Made by a program: the position numbers and the translations under genes
Notes under the pieces: generated by a model
Told to the model about the DNA's origin: nothing
The model's database searches: none
Seen by the model: the letters and a program-made list of their open reading frames with translations, nothing else
Part shown: positions 1 through 11,248 of the stretch, in pieces
How positions within the stretch are numbered: the stretch's first letter is position 1
Layout of the letters: every line of letters begins with the position of its first letter
Assembly (NCBI RefSeq): GCF_001194135.2
Contig: NC_068983.1
Location: forward strand, 30,631,837-30,665,559
DNA length: 33,723 bases
DNA from: Octopus bimaculoides
Lineage: Eukaryota
Direction of reading: 5' to 3'

Positions 1-445
1 ATATATATATATATTGTAATGTTTGCTTGATGTAAAGTTACCTACATTCCGGAAAAAAAAAAAAAAAAATTGAATTCTCTATGACTCATGACAGCATATA
101 ACCATAGAGTGCCCCACGAAACTAGGAGTGAGGGAGACAGAGTTTGGTTAATGATATGGAGCACTTGATAGTAAGGAGATACATGAAGTGGATTTCACAT
201 TGAATATCAGATGGTGTGGAGAGTAAGAGATAAATAGAAGAGTGGATGAATGAATGGATGGATAGACATAGATAAATAGCTAGATAAGTAGACAAACAAA
301 TAACATGTCCAGTGGAAACTTTTTTCTGTCTTATAAGGGTAAAACACCCAATCTTTCTCTGCTGTTCTCACAGCTATACTGCATTTGAAATTCGTTTTCT
401 TGTCTGTGAAATACGAACACATTCAACACTTCCAAAGTTTGTTTA

Positions 446-478
<33 letters not shown>

Positions 479-717
479 NNNNNNNNNNNNNNNNNNNNNN
501 NNNNNNNNNNNNNNNNNNNNNNNNNNNNNNNNNNNNNNNNNNNNNNNNNNNNNNNNNNNNNNNNNNNNNNNNNNNNNNNNNNNNNNNNNNNNNNNNNNNN
601 NNNNNNNNNNNNNNNNNNNNNNNNNNNNNNNNNNNNNNNNNNNNNNNNNNNNNNNNNNNNNNNNNNNNNNNNNNNNNNNNNNNNNNNNNNNNNNNNNNNN
701 NNNNNNNNNNNNNNNNN
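479..717. other. Assembly gap (N run)
   Basis: Run of N following an (AT)n tract. Confidence 0.99.
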
Positions 718-1067
718 TACAAATAATAAATGAGTATATGCATATATACGTACATGTATGTACATACCTACATCTACCTGTATATATAGATGCATATCTG
801 GGTACAGGATGTTGCAAACAAAACAGACAAAATGAGGAACAGAGTACAGAAAACACACAGACCACATAGAGAACATTTCCTTCATCAGCTGCCACCATTC
901 TAACACTGGCGTTTCAAAGAGTTAGAGCAGGACGCATCGTTAAAATGGCTCTTCCCACAGACCACAAATTAAATTTGTACCATTGAGGAATGTAGTGGCG
1001 GACAGAAAACAAGACAGGAAAACAAAACAGTAAAATAAACAGAAAAGGCTATACGGCCAGACGTGAG

Positions 1068-1120
1068 AGAAAGATAGATAGATAAATAGATAGATAGATA
1101 GGTAGATAGATAGATAGACT
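1068..1120 (+). repeat. (GATA)n microsatellite
   Basis: Imperfect gata/taga tetranucleotide run. Confidence 0.85.
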
Positions 1121-1861
1121 GACAAAATGACTCATAAAGATGGAGGGGATATAGACTTAAAGAGAAATATACAGATAGATTGACTGAAGTAGAGGGACAG
1201 AAAGATGTATATAGAGATACAGTGAGCTATCAAGAGATGTACATAGAGGCATATGGACAGATAAAGAGAATGAAATGGGGGTGGAAAGACAAACTATACA
1301 GCTTGAGAGGGATCCTTGATTCTGTGTTTACTACAAGAGAGGAACTAGTAAAAGCAAAAGAAAATAAAAACAAAAATAACAGGGTAGATAACTCGAGTAA
1401 AGCTTATAGAACTTAAGAAATTTAAAAAACCCCCAACAAAATGCTAATTTACTCTAAAAGATAAATGCATATGTGACTAATATTTTCTTTTTGTTTTTTT
1501 TTGTTTTTTTTAAATTTTAATGTCACTAAGGGTGAAAAGTGGTAGAATGAAAAGAAAAGGATGTTGGAATTTTTGATGGATTTTTTTTTTAAAGTATTTT
1601 TATGAAAAATAAAGATTCCTTTCAGATTTGTGCCAGGATAAAACGTCCTTGGAATAAAGGTCCTTGATGCTTTTTTTTTTTGATGGATTTAAAGGAAAAG
1701 CAGAAGATGAAAGAGAGAAAACAGTAGGGATGTTAGAAAACAAATGAGAAGAATGAATGAGAGAGAGCGAGAGAGAGAGGAAGAAGAAAGAGAATTATAG
1801 AAAGAGGGATAATGATATAAATTTAGATAAAATTAAGAAAAATGGAAGATTGCGAACTTTG

Positions 1862-1924
1862 TGTATACACACACACACATATACACACACATGCACACAC
1901 ACATATATGCATGTTTATATATTA

Positions 1925-1971
<47 letters not shown>

Positions 1972-2210
1972 CTTTGTGTATGTATATATTGTAATACACA
2001 CACACACATATATATGTACACTTGTGCATATATGTATACATCTATATACACATCTATTTATATATGCACATATATATGATATATGTCATATATGATATGT
2101 GTATGTGCGTTTGTGTTTGTGTGTGTGTTGCATATAAATATATATGCATGTATGCTTTGCATTATATATTTGTTACATAATTCTTATATATATATATATA
2201 TATATATACA

Positions 2211-2253
<43 letters not shown>

Positions 2254-2310
2254 GTGTTATATATATGTGTGTGTGTATACATATATATGATGTATATATG
2301 TTATAATATA
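1862..2310. repeat. Compound (CA)n/(TA)n/(TG)n microsatellite
   Basis: Dinucleotide mosaics that explain the HT/YI/CV-repeat ORFs in the track. Confidence 0.9.
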
Positions 2311-2469
2311 TGTACATCATCATAATCATCATCATCATCTTTCTACATCTGTTTTTTTTCCATATTTGCATGGGTTAAACTAGAATAAATAAACATTACA
2401 CCTAGAAAAATTAAAGACTAATTCTTTTTTTTTTTTTTTAATTTCCCATAATGTTGAATTAATTATTTC

Positions 2470-3200
2470 NNNNNNNNNNNNNNNNNNNNNNNNNNNNNNN
2501 NNNNNNNNNNNNNNNNNNNNNNNNNNNNNNNNNNNNNNNNNNNNNNNNNNNNNNNNNNNNNNNNNNNNNNNNNNNNNNNNNNNNNNNNNNNNNNNNNNNN
2601 NNNNNNNNNNNNNNNNNNNNNNNNNNNNNNNNNNNNNNNNNNNNNNNNNNNNNNNNNNNNNNNNNNNNNNNNNNNNNNNNNNNNNNNNNNNNNNNNNNNN
2701 NNNNNNNNNNNNNNNNNNNNNNNNNNNNNNNNNNNNNNNNNNNNNNNNNNNNNNNNNNNNNNNNNNNNNNNNNNNNNNNNNNNNNNNNNNNNNNNNNNNN
2801 NNNNNNNNNNNNNNNNNNNNNNNNNNNNNNNNNNNNNNNNNNNNNNNNNNNNNNNNNNNNNNNNNNNNNNNNNNNNNNNNNNNNNNNNNNNNNNNNNNNN
2901 NNNNNNNNNNNNNNNNNNNNNNNNNNNNNNNNNNNNNNNNNNNNNNNNNNNNNNNNNNNNNNNNNNNNNNNNNNNNNNNNNNNNNNNNNNNNNNNNNNNN
3001 NNNNNNNNNNNNNNNNNNNNNNNNNNNNNNNNNNNNNNNNNNNNNNNNNNNNNNNNNNNNNNNNNNNNNNNNNNNNNNNNNNNNNNNNNNNNNNNNNNNN
3101 NNNNNNNNNNNNNNNNNNNNNNNNNNNNNNNNNNNNNNNNNNNNNNNNNNNNNNNNNNNNNNNNNNNNNNNNNNNNNNNNNNNNNNNNNNNNNNNNNNNN
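2470..3200. other. Assembly gap (N run)
   Basis: Run of N. Confidence 0.99.
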
Positions 3201-3240
<40 letters not shown>

Positions 3241-3250
3241 TATATATATG

Positions 3251-3287
<37 letters not shown>

Positions 3288-3395
3288 ATATATGTAAATA
3301 TATATGTATGTATATATACACATACATACATATGTATGTATACATGCATGCATGCTTACACACACACACATACATATATACATACATATATATAT
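3201..3395. repeat. (TA)n/(CA)n compound microsatellite
   Basis: Dinucleotide runs next to the gap. Confidence 0.9.
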
Positions 3396-4046
3396 AATTT
3401 CAGTAACCTTTCTCTCTTTTCATCCTTTATTTGCTTCAAAGAATTTTGTTGTTGTTTTTCTTCCTTTTTCAAATTTCTCTTACTGGAGCACACCTAAGAA
3501 TTTGCCATCAACCATAATTTTAATACTTAACCAAAACATCAAATGCCTTGATAAAACATTTTTTTGTTTGATTTTGTTTTTTTTTTCTGTTTTTCTTTTT
3601 GTATATATATAACCACAAACACTATTATTATTATTAAAAGAATTTTTTTTTTCCTCTCTTTTCAGAAAATCAAAAAGGACAGAAAATTTACTGCCAGAAA
3701 ATTGAAAGAGATATATTTTTCTTTTTCCTATCTTTTTATCTTGGCAACTTCTATTTTTAATGTAAGTGTGTCTATAAACTAAACACACATTTTTCTGTTC
3801 TGTGTATATGTCATCTTTTGTATTTTAATTTGAGTGGAAGTAGTTATAACAACCCCAGCTATGGACACAAACAATTTAGGACAGATGAAGCATAAGGGAA
3901 AGAATTCTAAAATCAATTCTAGGTGAGTCCAGCAGACAAATATTGATATAAAGTCTGCGAAAGCCAAAATATATGTACATATTTAACTAAATTACACCAA
4001 AAGCTGCTTGATGATTTAAAAGTTAACAGGAGGTGGCTAGAACCAC

Positions 4047-4271
4047 CTGCCATGACAGCCGAATGATTGCCAAACAGTTGCAACTCTCGACATTTAGTTA
4101 CATTTTGGGAAGGGGTGCTGTCACAGCCTGTTGTAGATTGGGAAGCTGCAAGCTGTGATTCCAAGTGACAACGTTCGTAGCAGTCTTGCGATACATTATT
4201 GTCATCATCTGACTTATTTTCACCATCATATAGACCCTCAATGTAATTTTTATGACTTGCAATGAAGGGAT
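4047..4271 (-). CDS. Candidate internal coding exon of an unidentified host gene (225 nt, phase 1-1)
   Basis: Minus strand has a long pyrimidine tract TCTTTTCTTCCTCTTTGCATCTTCTTTTTCAG, then an open frame DPFIASHKNYIEGLYDGENKSDDDNNVSQDCYERCHLESQ...NHSAVMA, ending at CAG|GTGGTT. Non-repetitive with several retained CpGs. The donor is weak and the peptide is not recognised. Confidence 0.4.
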
Positions 4272-4536
4272 CTGAAAAAGAAGATGCAAAGAGGAAGAAA
4301 AGATATATTAGATTATATGATAAGTTCAACATTTTGATTATTACTTTTCAAAAGACATTGGATGTTATGAAAATTATAAATAGGTGTTAAAAAAGATTGT
4401 AATATTCTGTTGCATTAACATTTCTTTGCCAACTGATATCTAAATTAGGCTATTTTGGACTAATAAAATCTATTGATAATGTTACATAATAAAATTATGT
4501 ATGTATGTATAATAATAATGTATGTATGTATGTATG

Positions 4537-4662
4537 TATAGTAATAATGACAATAATCCTTGGATGGAATTTATAAATATGAATATTTATCAACTCATTA
4601 AAATATTAAATGCATTAAAATATTTATAAATTCCATCCAGGATTCTTGCTATTATTACTATA
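4537..4662. repeat. Long inverted repeat / MITE-like palindrome
   Basis: Perfect 20-bp inverted arms 4561-4580 (TGGATGGAATTTATAAATAT) and 4620-4639. They extend imperfectly to ~43 bp each around a 39-nt spacer. Confidence 0.85.
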
Positions 4663-4799
4663 TTTATCCTACATTATATTGGTACAGCTTGATGCAATCC
4701 CCAAAAACTGATTCACCAGTCAGTATCACTAGACTATAGCCGGCATAATGTAATAGAAGCTTTATTTGCATATACATTTCCTGTAAACAAATTTAAAAG

Positions 4800-5129
4800 A
4801 CCGCCTTTCTGGTACTTGTGCCGGTGGCACGTGTAAAGACATTTGAGCGAGTTCGTTGCCAGTGCCGCTGGACTGGCCCTTGTGCAGGTGGCACGTAAAA
4901 TACACCATTTCGAACGTGGCTGTTGCCAGTACCTCCTGACTGGCCTTCGTGCCGGTGGCACGTAAAAACACCCACTACAGTCTCGGAGTGGTTGGTGTTA
5001 GGGAGGGCATCCAGCTGTAGAAACTCTGCCAAATCAGATTGGAGCCTGGTGTAGCCATCTGGTTCACTAGTCCTCAGTCAAATCGTCCAGCCCATGCTAG
5101 CATGGAAAGTGGACGTTAAGCGATGATGA

Positions 5130-5133
<4 letters not shown>
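4800..5133 (+). mobile_element. 3' UTR/tail of an RTE-type LINE (5'-truncated)
   Basis: Three internal GCCGGTGGCACGTAAA-type subrepeats, then GGAGTGGTTGGTGTTAGG..GGGCATCCAGCTGTAGAAAC and CCCATGCTAGCATGGAAAG..GGACGTTAA(GAT)n. The same tail follows the RTE ORF fragment at 19621-20517. Confidence 0.8.
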
Positions 5134-5173
<40 letters not shown>

Positions 5174-5310
5174 CATGTAAATATTAAGTTAAAAAAATAG
5201 TCATTGCTTTATCTGTTTCGAGTTTCATTGTTCCAAAAGAAAAACAATATTTCATTTTCTCTCAATGTTTATGAATTCTTATATAATTCATTTCATATTC
5301 TTTTGTCTTC

Positions 5311-5505
5311 TATCTTTTACTTGCATCAGTCATTGGACTGCAACCATGCTGGGTCACCACCTTTAAGGGCTTAGCCGAGCAAATTGACCTTACTTTTTAA
5401 ACCTGGTATTTATTCTGTTGGTCTCTTTTGCCAAACCACTAAGTTATGGAGATGTAAACAAACCAACACCAGTTGTCAAGCAGTGTGTGTGGGGGACAAA
5501 CAACA
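5311..5505 (-). mobile_element. Diverged tRNA-SINE fragment (3' half)
   Basis: Reverse complement matches the body and tail of the full SINE at 16171-16581 (GGTCTCTTTTGCCAAACC.CTAAGTTA; CCATGCTGG..CACC.CC). Confidence 0.75.
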
Positions 5506-5639
5506 TATTTATAATACTTTGTCTCTACACTATGTTGTTACTGGTTCAAACTTTTCTGGTTAGCAGGTGTCTCATTACAACATGGACACCTTAACTGGAT
5601 TTTAGCTACTGACTTTTATTTCTAAACTCATCAGCTTTA

Positions 5640-5745
5640 TCATTGTTTTAACATCTAGATGGGTCAGATGAGAGTCTGTAGGAGCAGAGTTTTTTTACAG
5701 CTAGACGCCCTTCATGTTACCACTCTCATCCTCTTGCTTCCAAAC
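5640..5745 (-). mobile_element. Degenerate RTE-tailed SINE/LINE 3' fragment
   Basis: Reverse complement resembles the GGGCATCCAGCTGTAGAAA..CTGACCCAT tail seen at 17020-17100. Confidence 0.45.
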
Positions 5746-6134
5746 ATAGTCATAATCTCGCAGACGCTTGAACAATTAACAACTCAGACTTGTTTTTTGT
5801 GGAAAGCTGGAAATAAATGATGCTATATAAATGAGCCCTTTGTTTACTAAGATAAAATAACATGTCAAGATATGTCAAGAAGTTAGGACATGCTTTTGTG
5901 GTTGACTGTAAGTAAATGACATTGTCAGGAAGACATTGTTTATAAACCAGCAAATGCAAGACAAATATGAATGCATTCACACAAACATAAGCACACCTAG
6001 ATACACATACATACATATGTACACACACACACACTCACACACACTCACACACATACATACATGTATGAATGTATGTACATATATATATATACATATATAT
6101 ATTTATATATATATATATATATATACAATTGCAG

Positions 6135-6275
6135 CGTAGAAGGTGTTTATAAGCCATTTAAGAAACACACAAAAACCGTTAGATTCATTTCAACATTTAA
6201 ATTTAATTTGCCAAAATATTTTCATCGCTTTGAGACCGCGACCTATTCACTGACAAAATTCCATGCACGGAATTT
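6135..6275 (-). mobile_element. Short repeat fragment, probably a Penelope-like terminal region
   Basis: Non-microsatellite segment holding a minimal hammerhead-like fold (6207-6257), cut off by the mariner TIR. The PLE assignment is inference. Confidence 0.4.
6207..6257 (-). ncRNA. Atypical minimal type I hammerhead-like motif
   Basis: Minus strand TTTGTCA-GTGAATA-G-GTCGC-GGTCTCAAA-GCGAT-GAAA-ATAT-TT-TGGCAAA. Stem I (7 bp), stem II (5 bp), GAAA and palindromic AATATT helix III are correctly placed. The core reads GUGAAUA rather than CUGANGA. Confidence 0.45.
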
Positions 6276-6277
6276 TA

Positions 6278-6900
6278 TCAGGTTGAGTAAAAAGTAAGCA
6301 ACGTTTTGAAACATGAAAGTCATCACAATATATTTCAACAATGTGGAAATTTTATTCATCAAAATAAACACCATTATAATCAAGATATTTTTGCCAACGA
6401 GTTACAAGTTTGTTTATTCCAGTAACATAAAAATCTGGTGTCTCGGAGCTGATGAACCCTTTGAATACACTTTCAGCATCGGTTTGATTTTTTAACTCTT
6501 TCTCTCACACGAAACCATCAACGTGCTTGAAAAAGTGGTAGTCGGTATGATTACCATTAGTGAAACGTCTGGTTGAGCATTGTCATAAAGAATGAGTGGT
6601 CCTCTTTTGTTGATCAGTCTGGAATGGAGGAATAGCAGTTTTTCGTTCATTTTGGCAATTTCATGGCAATATGTTTCTGTAGTAATAATTTTTCCTGGTT
6701 TAAAGAAGTTATAGTGAATGAGTCCAGAAGTACACCACCAAACAGTCACCATAACATATACTGACAATACTGTGTGTAGATTTCAACAGAATGCAACAAA
6801 CATTTGTTAAATGTTGCAGTTTTTTGACAGTTTTATGTGACACTGTTTCCACAACTGATCGTTGAGGTTCCTGAAGAACCACTACGAACAGCCAACTATA
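6278..6900 (-). mobile_element. Mariner (Hsmar1/Mos1-like) DNA transposon relic with 3' TIR, internally deleted
   Basis: Minus-strand peptides VMVTVWW..GLIHY.F.KPG..IT, LINKRGPLILYDNA, PTDYHFFKH and FY.TGINKLVTRWQKYLDYNGVYFDE* (stop 6352-6354). TA at 6276-6277 is followed by TIR TCAGGTTGAGTAAAAAGTAAGCAACG (6278-6303). Confidence 0.9.
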
Positions 6901-7061
6901 TGTAGTGGTTCACCTCCCCAACCAAGTTTCTCTCAACAGAGATCATGTAGCCAAAGAGATTGCAAAATATGTTTGAGCAAATTCTTCCTGAAAGCCTGTG
7001 GGTTCCATATAAATTTTATCCAAAGTTAAATCCAAGAAAAACTTATAGAACATGTTCCATT

Positions 7062-7095
<34 letters not shown>

Positions 7096-7556
7096 TCACA
7101 CACACACACACACACTCACACATGTATATGTATATATACATATACATGCAAATGCATTCACACATACTCAATTTATAATGCTCTAAATCTGGCTTTATTG
7201 AGATAGATTCCTCCATTTAAGATACATTACTGATGCATTTTGAAATAATTATATACTTAATACTCTGGGTACAGATTGTTCTGCATCTCTTGATGCACTC
7301 TAATATTCATCTGCACATGTATATGGGAGACTGAAATCAGTCATGTGACAACAAAGTATTGACACCTTGCACATTATGGTTTAGTTTGCATGAGTGCACT
7401 TATATTCTGGTTAAATTCTCTCTCTTTGTGTTTATGCCTGGCTGACAAAGGTTCCAATTAATTTTCTCAGAGATGAGTTGGTTCCCAGAGACATGCATAT
7501 GCTCTGGTAATTAATATATATTTTATTTTAGTATTTATATATCTATATTTATTTAT

Positions 7557-7619
7557 ATGTATGCATGTATTTATGTATGCATGTATATATATGTGTGTGT
7601 GTGTGTGTGTGTATGTATG

Positions 7620-7654
<35 letters not shown>

Positions 7655-7776
7655 ATGTATGTGTGTGTGTATGTATGTGTGTGTGTATGTATGTGTGTGT
7701 GTATGTATGTGTGTGTGTATGTATGTGTGTGTGTATGTATGTGTGTGTATGTATGTGTGTGTGTATGTATGTGTGT
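7557..7776 (+). repeat. (TG)n/(TGTA)n/(TA)n compound microsatellite
   Basis: Direct inspection. Confidence 0.9.
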
Positions 7777-7783
7777 TATGATC

Positions 7784-7969
7784 TGTTATAATTACTATAA
7801 CACTCACTTCGGTATACAGTATACTTAATAAAACTAGTACAGACACAACCATCTCTGACCGCCTACTACGTACTCTGGTACTTCATGTACTTCTCTTTAC
7901 TTATGGTGACTAAATTATTCCATTCGTCATGTGGGAGGGATGTACTATTATTACTAATTCCCTACAACA
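7784..7969 (-). mobile_element. 3' LTR of Gypsy element
   Basis: Starts TGTTGTAGG directly after polypurine tract AAAAGGGGAGA (7970-7980) and ends ...TATAACA. Confidence 0.7.
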
Positions 7970-10310
7970 TCTCCCCTTTTATGCTTTTCTTAGGTAGTGT
8001 CATTTTATTTAGCAATAATTCTTTTTTATTCCCCCCACCTCCCATTTGTGAGTCTTTTTTTTTTCCATACAATTTTAGTAATTTTTGCACTTGGCATTTA
8101 TATTCAGGAACTCTGTCTGTTTTCTTTTCCTCTCACTTGTACACCTGGGTTCAATCACCTGCAGTGGCATTGGTACTTGGAACATTTCACACACCCATTC
8201 CATCGGTTTCTCCAACTTCTTTGGTTCGCTTTCCACAAATCTCTTTTTCAGCTGGTTCCTGTATCTCTTTTGTATACTTTTTCGACTTTTTATCCAATGC
8301 ATCATTTTACCTATGCATTTGGTAATTACACCATCTTCCCAACTCTGCTTTGCATTCTTGTATGCCCTCATATACACCTTTTCACCAACTTAAAAGAATC
8401 ATACTATGTCTTCCCTGGCATTTTTTCTTTTCTTGCTAGATAGTAATTTATCAAAGACTGATTTTACTTTCCTTGCAAACATCAGCTCTGTTGGTGATCT
8501 ACCTGCTGGTGTATTCAGATTTGGTGTCACACAGTACACTCTTAAGAATTGTTGTAGAGCTACTTCATCTGGAACTTCCTTATTTGATTTTCTAAGGGCT
8601 CTTTTGAAGGTATTGACAAAGCATTCTGCCTGTCCATTAGATCTGGGATGGTATGGCACTGTAGTTCTACCATGTTCTACCATGAATGTTTCACAATATT
8701 TTTTTAATTCACTAGACACAAATTGTGTTCCATTGTCAGACACTATTTTGTCTGAGATGCCAAAACCTTGCAAACAAGTCATGTTAAAAAATTCATGTTA
8801 AAAGAGGTCAGTTTTTTTACACTTTCAGATTTCTGGCCATTTTGAGAAACTATCGATTACCACTAAGTAGTAATAGTTGTTTAAAGGACAAGTGAAATTG
8901 ATGTGTAGTCTGGACAACAGAACATCTACTTTTGGACAATGTTTACTTTTTATCATGGGCAATTTTTCATTTCATTTTAGCTGACATACAGATATTCCAC
9001 TCTGTTTTACTGCAATGTTTTGTTTCAGTCTCTCAGTCACATTCGAACCTTTAACTGAATCGACTATATTTCTGTACAAAACACTTATGGCTGTATTCCA
9101 TACTTTGAATAGTTCCATGCATTCTGTGCCGAATAGATTCAGTGAACTTTTTAACACAAATATCTTAGCCTTTTTGTTTGACCTTGAAATGTTACATTCC
9201 ATATGAATTCACCAAAAAAATATAATCTTTTTCCTGTAACACCATGTGCTACCTTTTGGCTTGCTGACATATTTCCACATTTTTTTCATTTATAATGTTG
9301 ATATTGTCCAACTGCATTTTAACACTTGTATTTATGATTTTCACCTTCACAAATTTTCTCATCATTATATTGCCAATTTCTTCCAATCACATACTATTTA
9401 TTCTTTTGCCATTGTTCTGGCATTTTTCATCTTTGTTCTACACTGCGCTTTTATATGTCCTATATTTCTACAATGAAAGCATTCTGCTCTTTTAAATGGA
9501 CAATTTTCCCTCAGGTGTATACCTCCACATGCAAAATATGGATTTATTTCTTGATTTTTGTCATGATTTTAGAAAACACTTTATCTCTGTTCTGACTATT
9601 TTGCACTTGCTTTACTTGGAAACAATCTTTACTTTCAATTTCCTCTGTGTTGTGTCTAAATTTGACTATCCTTTCACATTCTTCTGACACTTGCTGTAGG
9701 GTTACATCCTCATTTTATTTCAGCTTTGCGAGGATTCTAGTTCTAAATTCTGCGTCCTTTTCAGCAGTAAGTCCCTGTGTAAAAATCAGGCATTTGAACA
9801 TATGGGGTGTTAATTCATCCATCTTAAACTTCTCGCATTTCCTGTTAAATCTACCAGCATGTGATGTAGTCCTTGTTGTTTTTCTCTATGTTCAGATACT
9901 TCCAGCATGTATTGAACAATGAGCTTTTTTTCACTGAAAGTTTTATACAACATATCTATTGTGTCATTAAAGTTTATGTCCAAAGGTCTTCTTGGGAGTA
10001 TATAATTACTGAACCGTTCGTGTTTTGTTGCCGTCAGTTTTCATCTCATCTTCCCAATCTTTACATTCTTTCTCAAAGATTTGCTCATATCTTCTGTAGT
10101 ATGCTTCAAAGTTAACTCCTTCGTCAGGTTCATATTTGAACTCTGTTATGGAGTTCACAACATGGTGAGTGCATCTACTAAAATCTTCAAACTTTGTGCT
10201 TAACAGAGTCAAGGCCATGAAGATATTTATCACATTCGTTTTCAATCTTTACTTAGCATCATCACTATTTCTTCTGTCAGATGACTGAAAATGCTCCCAG
10301 TCTGCTACCA
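7970..10310 (-). mobile_element. Gypsy/Ty3 (K02A2.6-like) LTR retrotransposon internal region: gag, protease and integrase, with RT/RNase H absent
   Basis: PBS TGGTAGCAGA (10301-10310, initiator tRNA-Met type). Gag NSITEFKYEPDEGVNFEAYYRRYE and FKCLIFTQGL..DAEFRTRIL. Zinc knuckle CFHCRNIGHIKAQC (9440-9481). Degenerate protease VKLQLD.. region. Integrase SRLHINF..P...YYLVVIDSFSKWPE, IVSDNGTQF and PYHPRSNGQAE. Multiple stops and frameshifts. Confidence 0.92.
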
Positions 10311-11248
10311 GTTGCAGCAGATAGCTGCTAAGACAGTAGCAAACAAATCTAACATGTAGCAATAAACCTCATAGAGCAGATTATTGTTCATAGAAGAGAT
10401 CAGTTACATGTGGTGATTCATCTCCTCACATGGTGGCTCAACACATCTGTCATTTTGTCTGCTGAAATCATAGTAACCTGCATCTTCACTTATTTTATTC
10501 AATGTTCTTTGGATTCTGCTGTTATAACTATAACAAAGAACTGGATATGTATATCTGCATATGTATGTGTTTGTCAGTTGATATGTGTTTGTGTAGGGCA
10601 TACATGCACGTGTGTGTTGTCTATGTATGTGAATGTATTATGTATATTATGTGTATATTGTATGCATGTATTTTCAATATGAGTGTATCTGCGTTTATCT
10701 TCTGTATTATGTATATGCTTGTGTACATGTTAAGTATTTTGGAAGTGTGTGTGTGTATGTGTGTTATACATGTTTGTAACTGTTTAACACCAAATCAGCT
10801 GTGATCCAGCAAACACATGATCAAATACATGACATTCCAGTCATACGTGGCCTGTTATCTATTCTGTTATGTTGTCTTAGTATATCTAGGACTATATAAG
10901 CTAATGTGTACTTTTTTTAAAGACATCTCGGTGTAACCTGAAAAAGGTTTTGGTGGTTCTTTGATGTCGGTTTTGTTATTGATATTTGCACTCAGCTCAC
11001 CTCTGGTCCATCAGATCAATCAATGATCAATGGTGTTTTGGCAATAGCCAATCAGTATTTTATTGAAACATAATCTATTTTGGACAACATTATCTAATAT
11101 GTCCTGTTTTCTTTTTAAATGATTAGGATATATTTTTCTGCATATTTGTAATCTCCAACATCTATAATGTAGGAATCCGAAAATTTTTTTTCAAAAAATG
11201 CATTTTTCAAGGAGAGGTGTGAAACTACATTAGCCCTACCGCATCCCC

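Noticed and set aside
880-945. Hammerhead-like words on the minus strand (TTAACGA...GAAACGCC and a separate CTGATGA)
   Set aside because: The core has a G5 substitution and no stem II can be formed. The CTGATGA at 882-888 has no downstream stem II plus GAAA. At most a very decayed PLE-type motif.
312-3612. Long ORFs rich in YI/HT/CV/X
   Set aside because: Translations of dinucleotide microsatellites and N gaps, not genes. The same applies to such ORFs at 7557-7852, 12703-15713, 20911-21719 and 26885-27332.
5605-5640. CTGATGA-GTTTA-GAAA-TAAAA-GTC on the minus strand
   Set aside because: No room for stem II and no stem I complementarity; chance match.
8085-8801. Plus-strand ORFs of 102-148 aa
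   Set aside because: Antisense shadows of the Gypsy integrase region.
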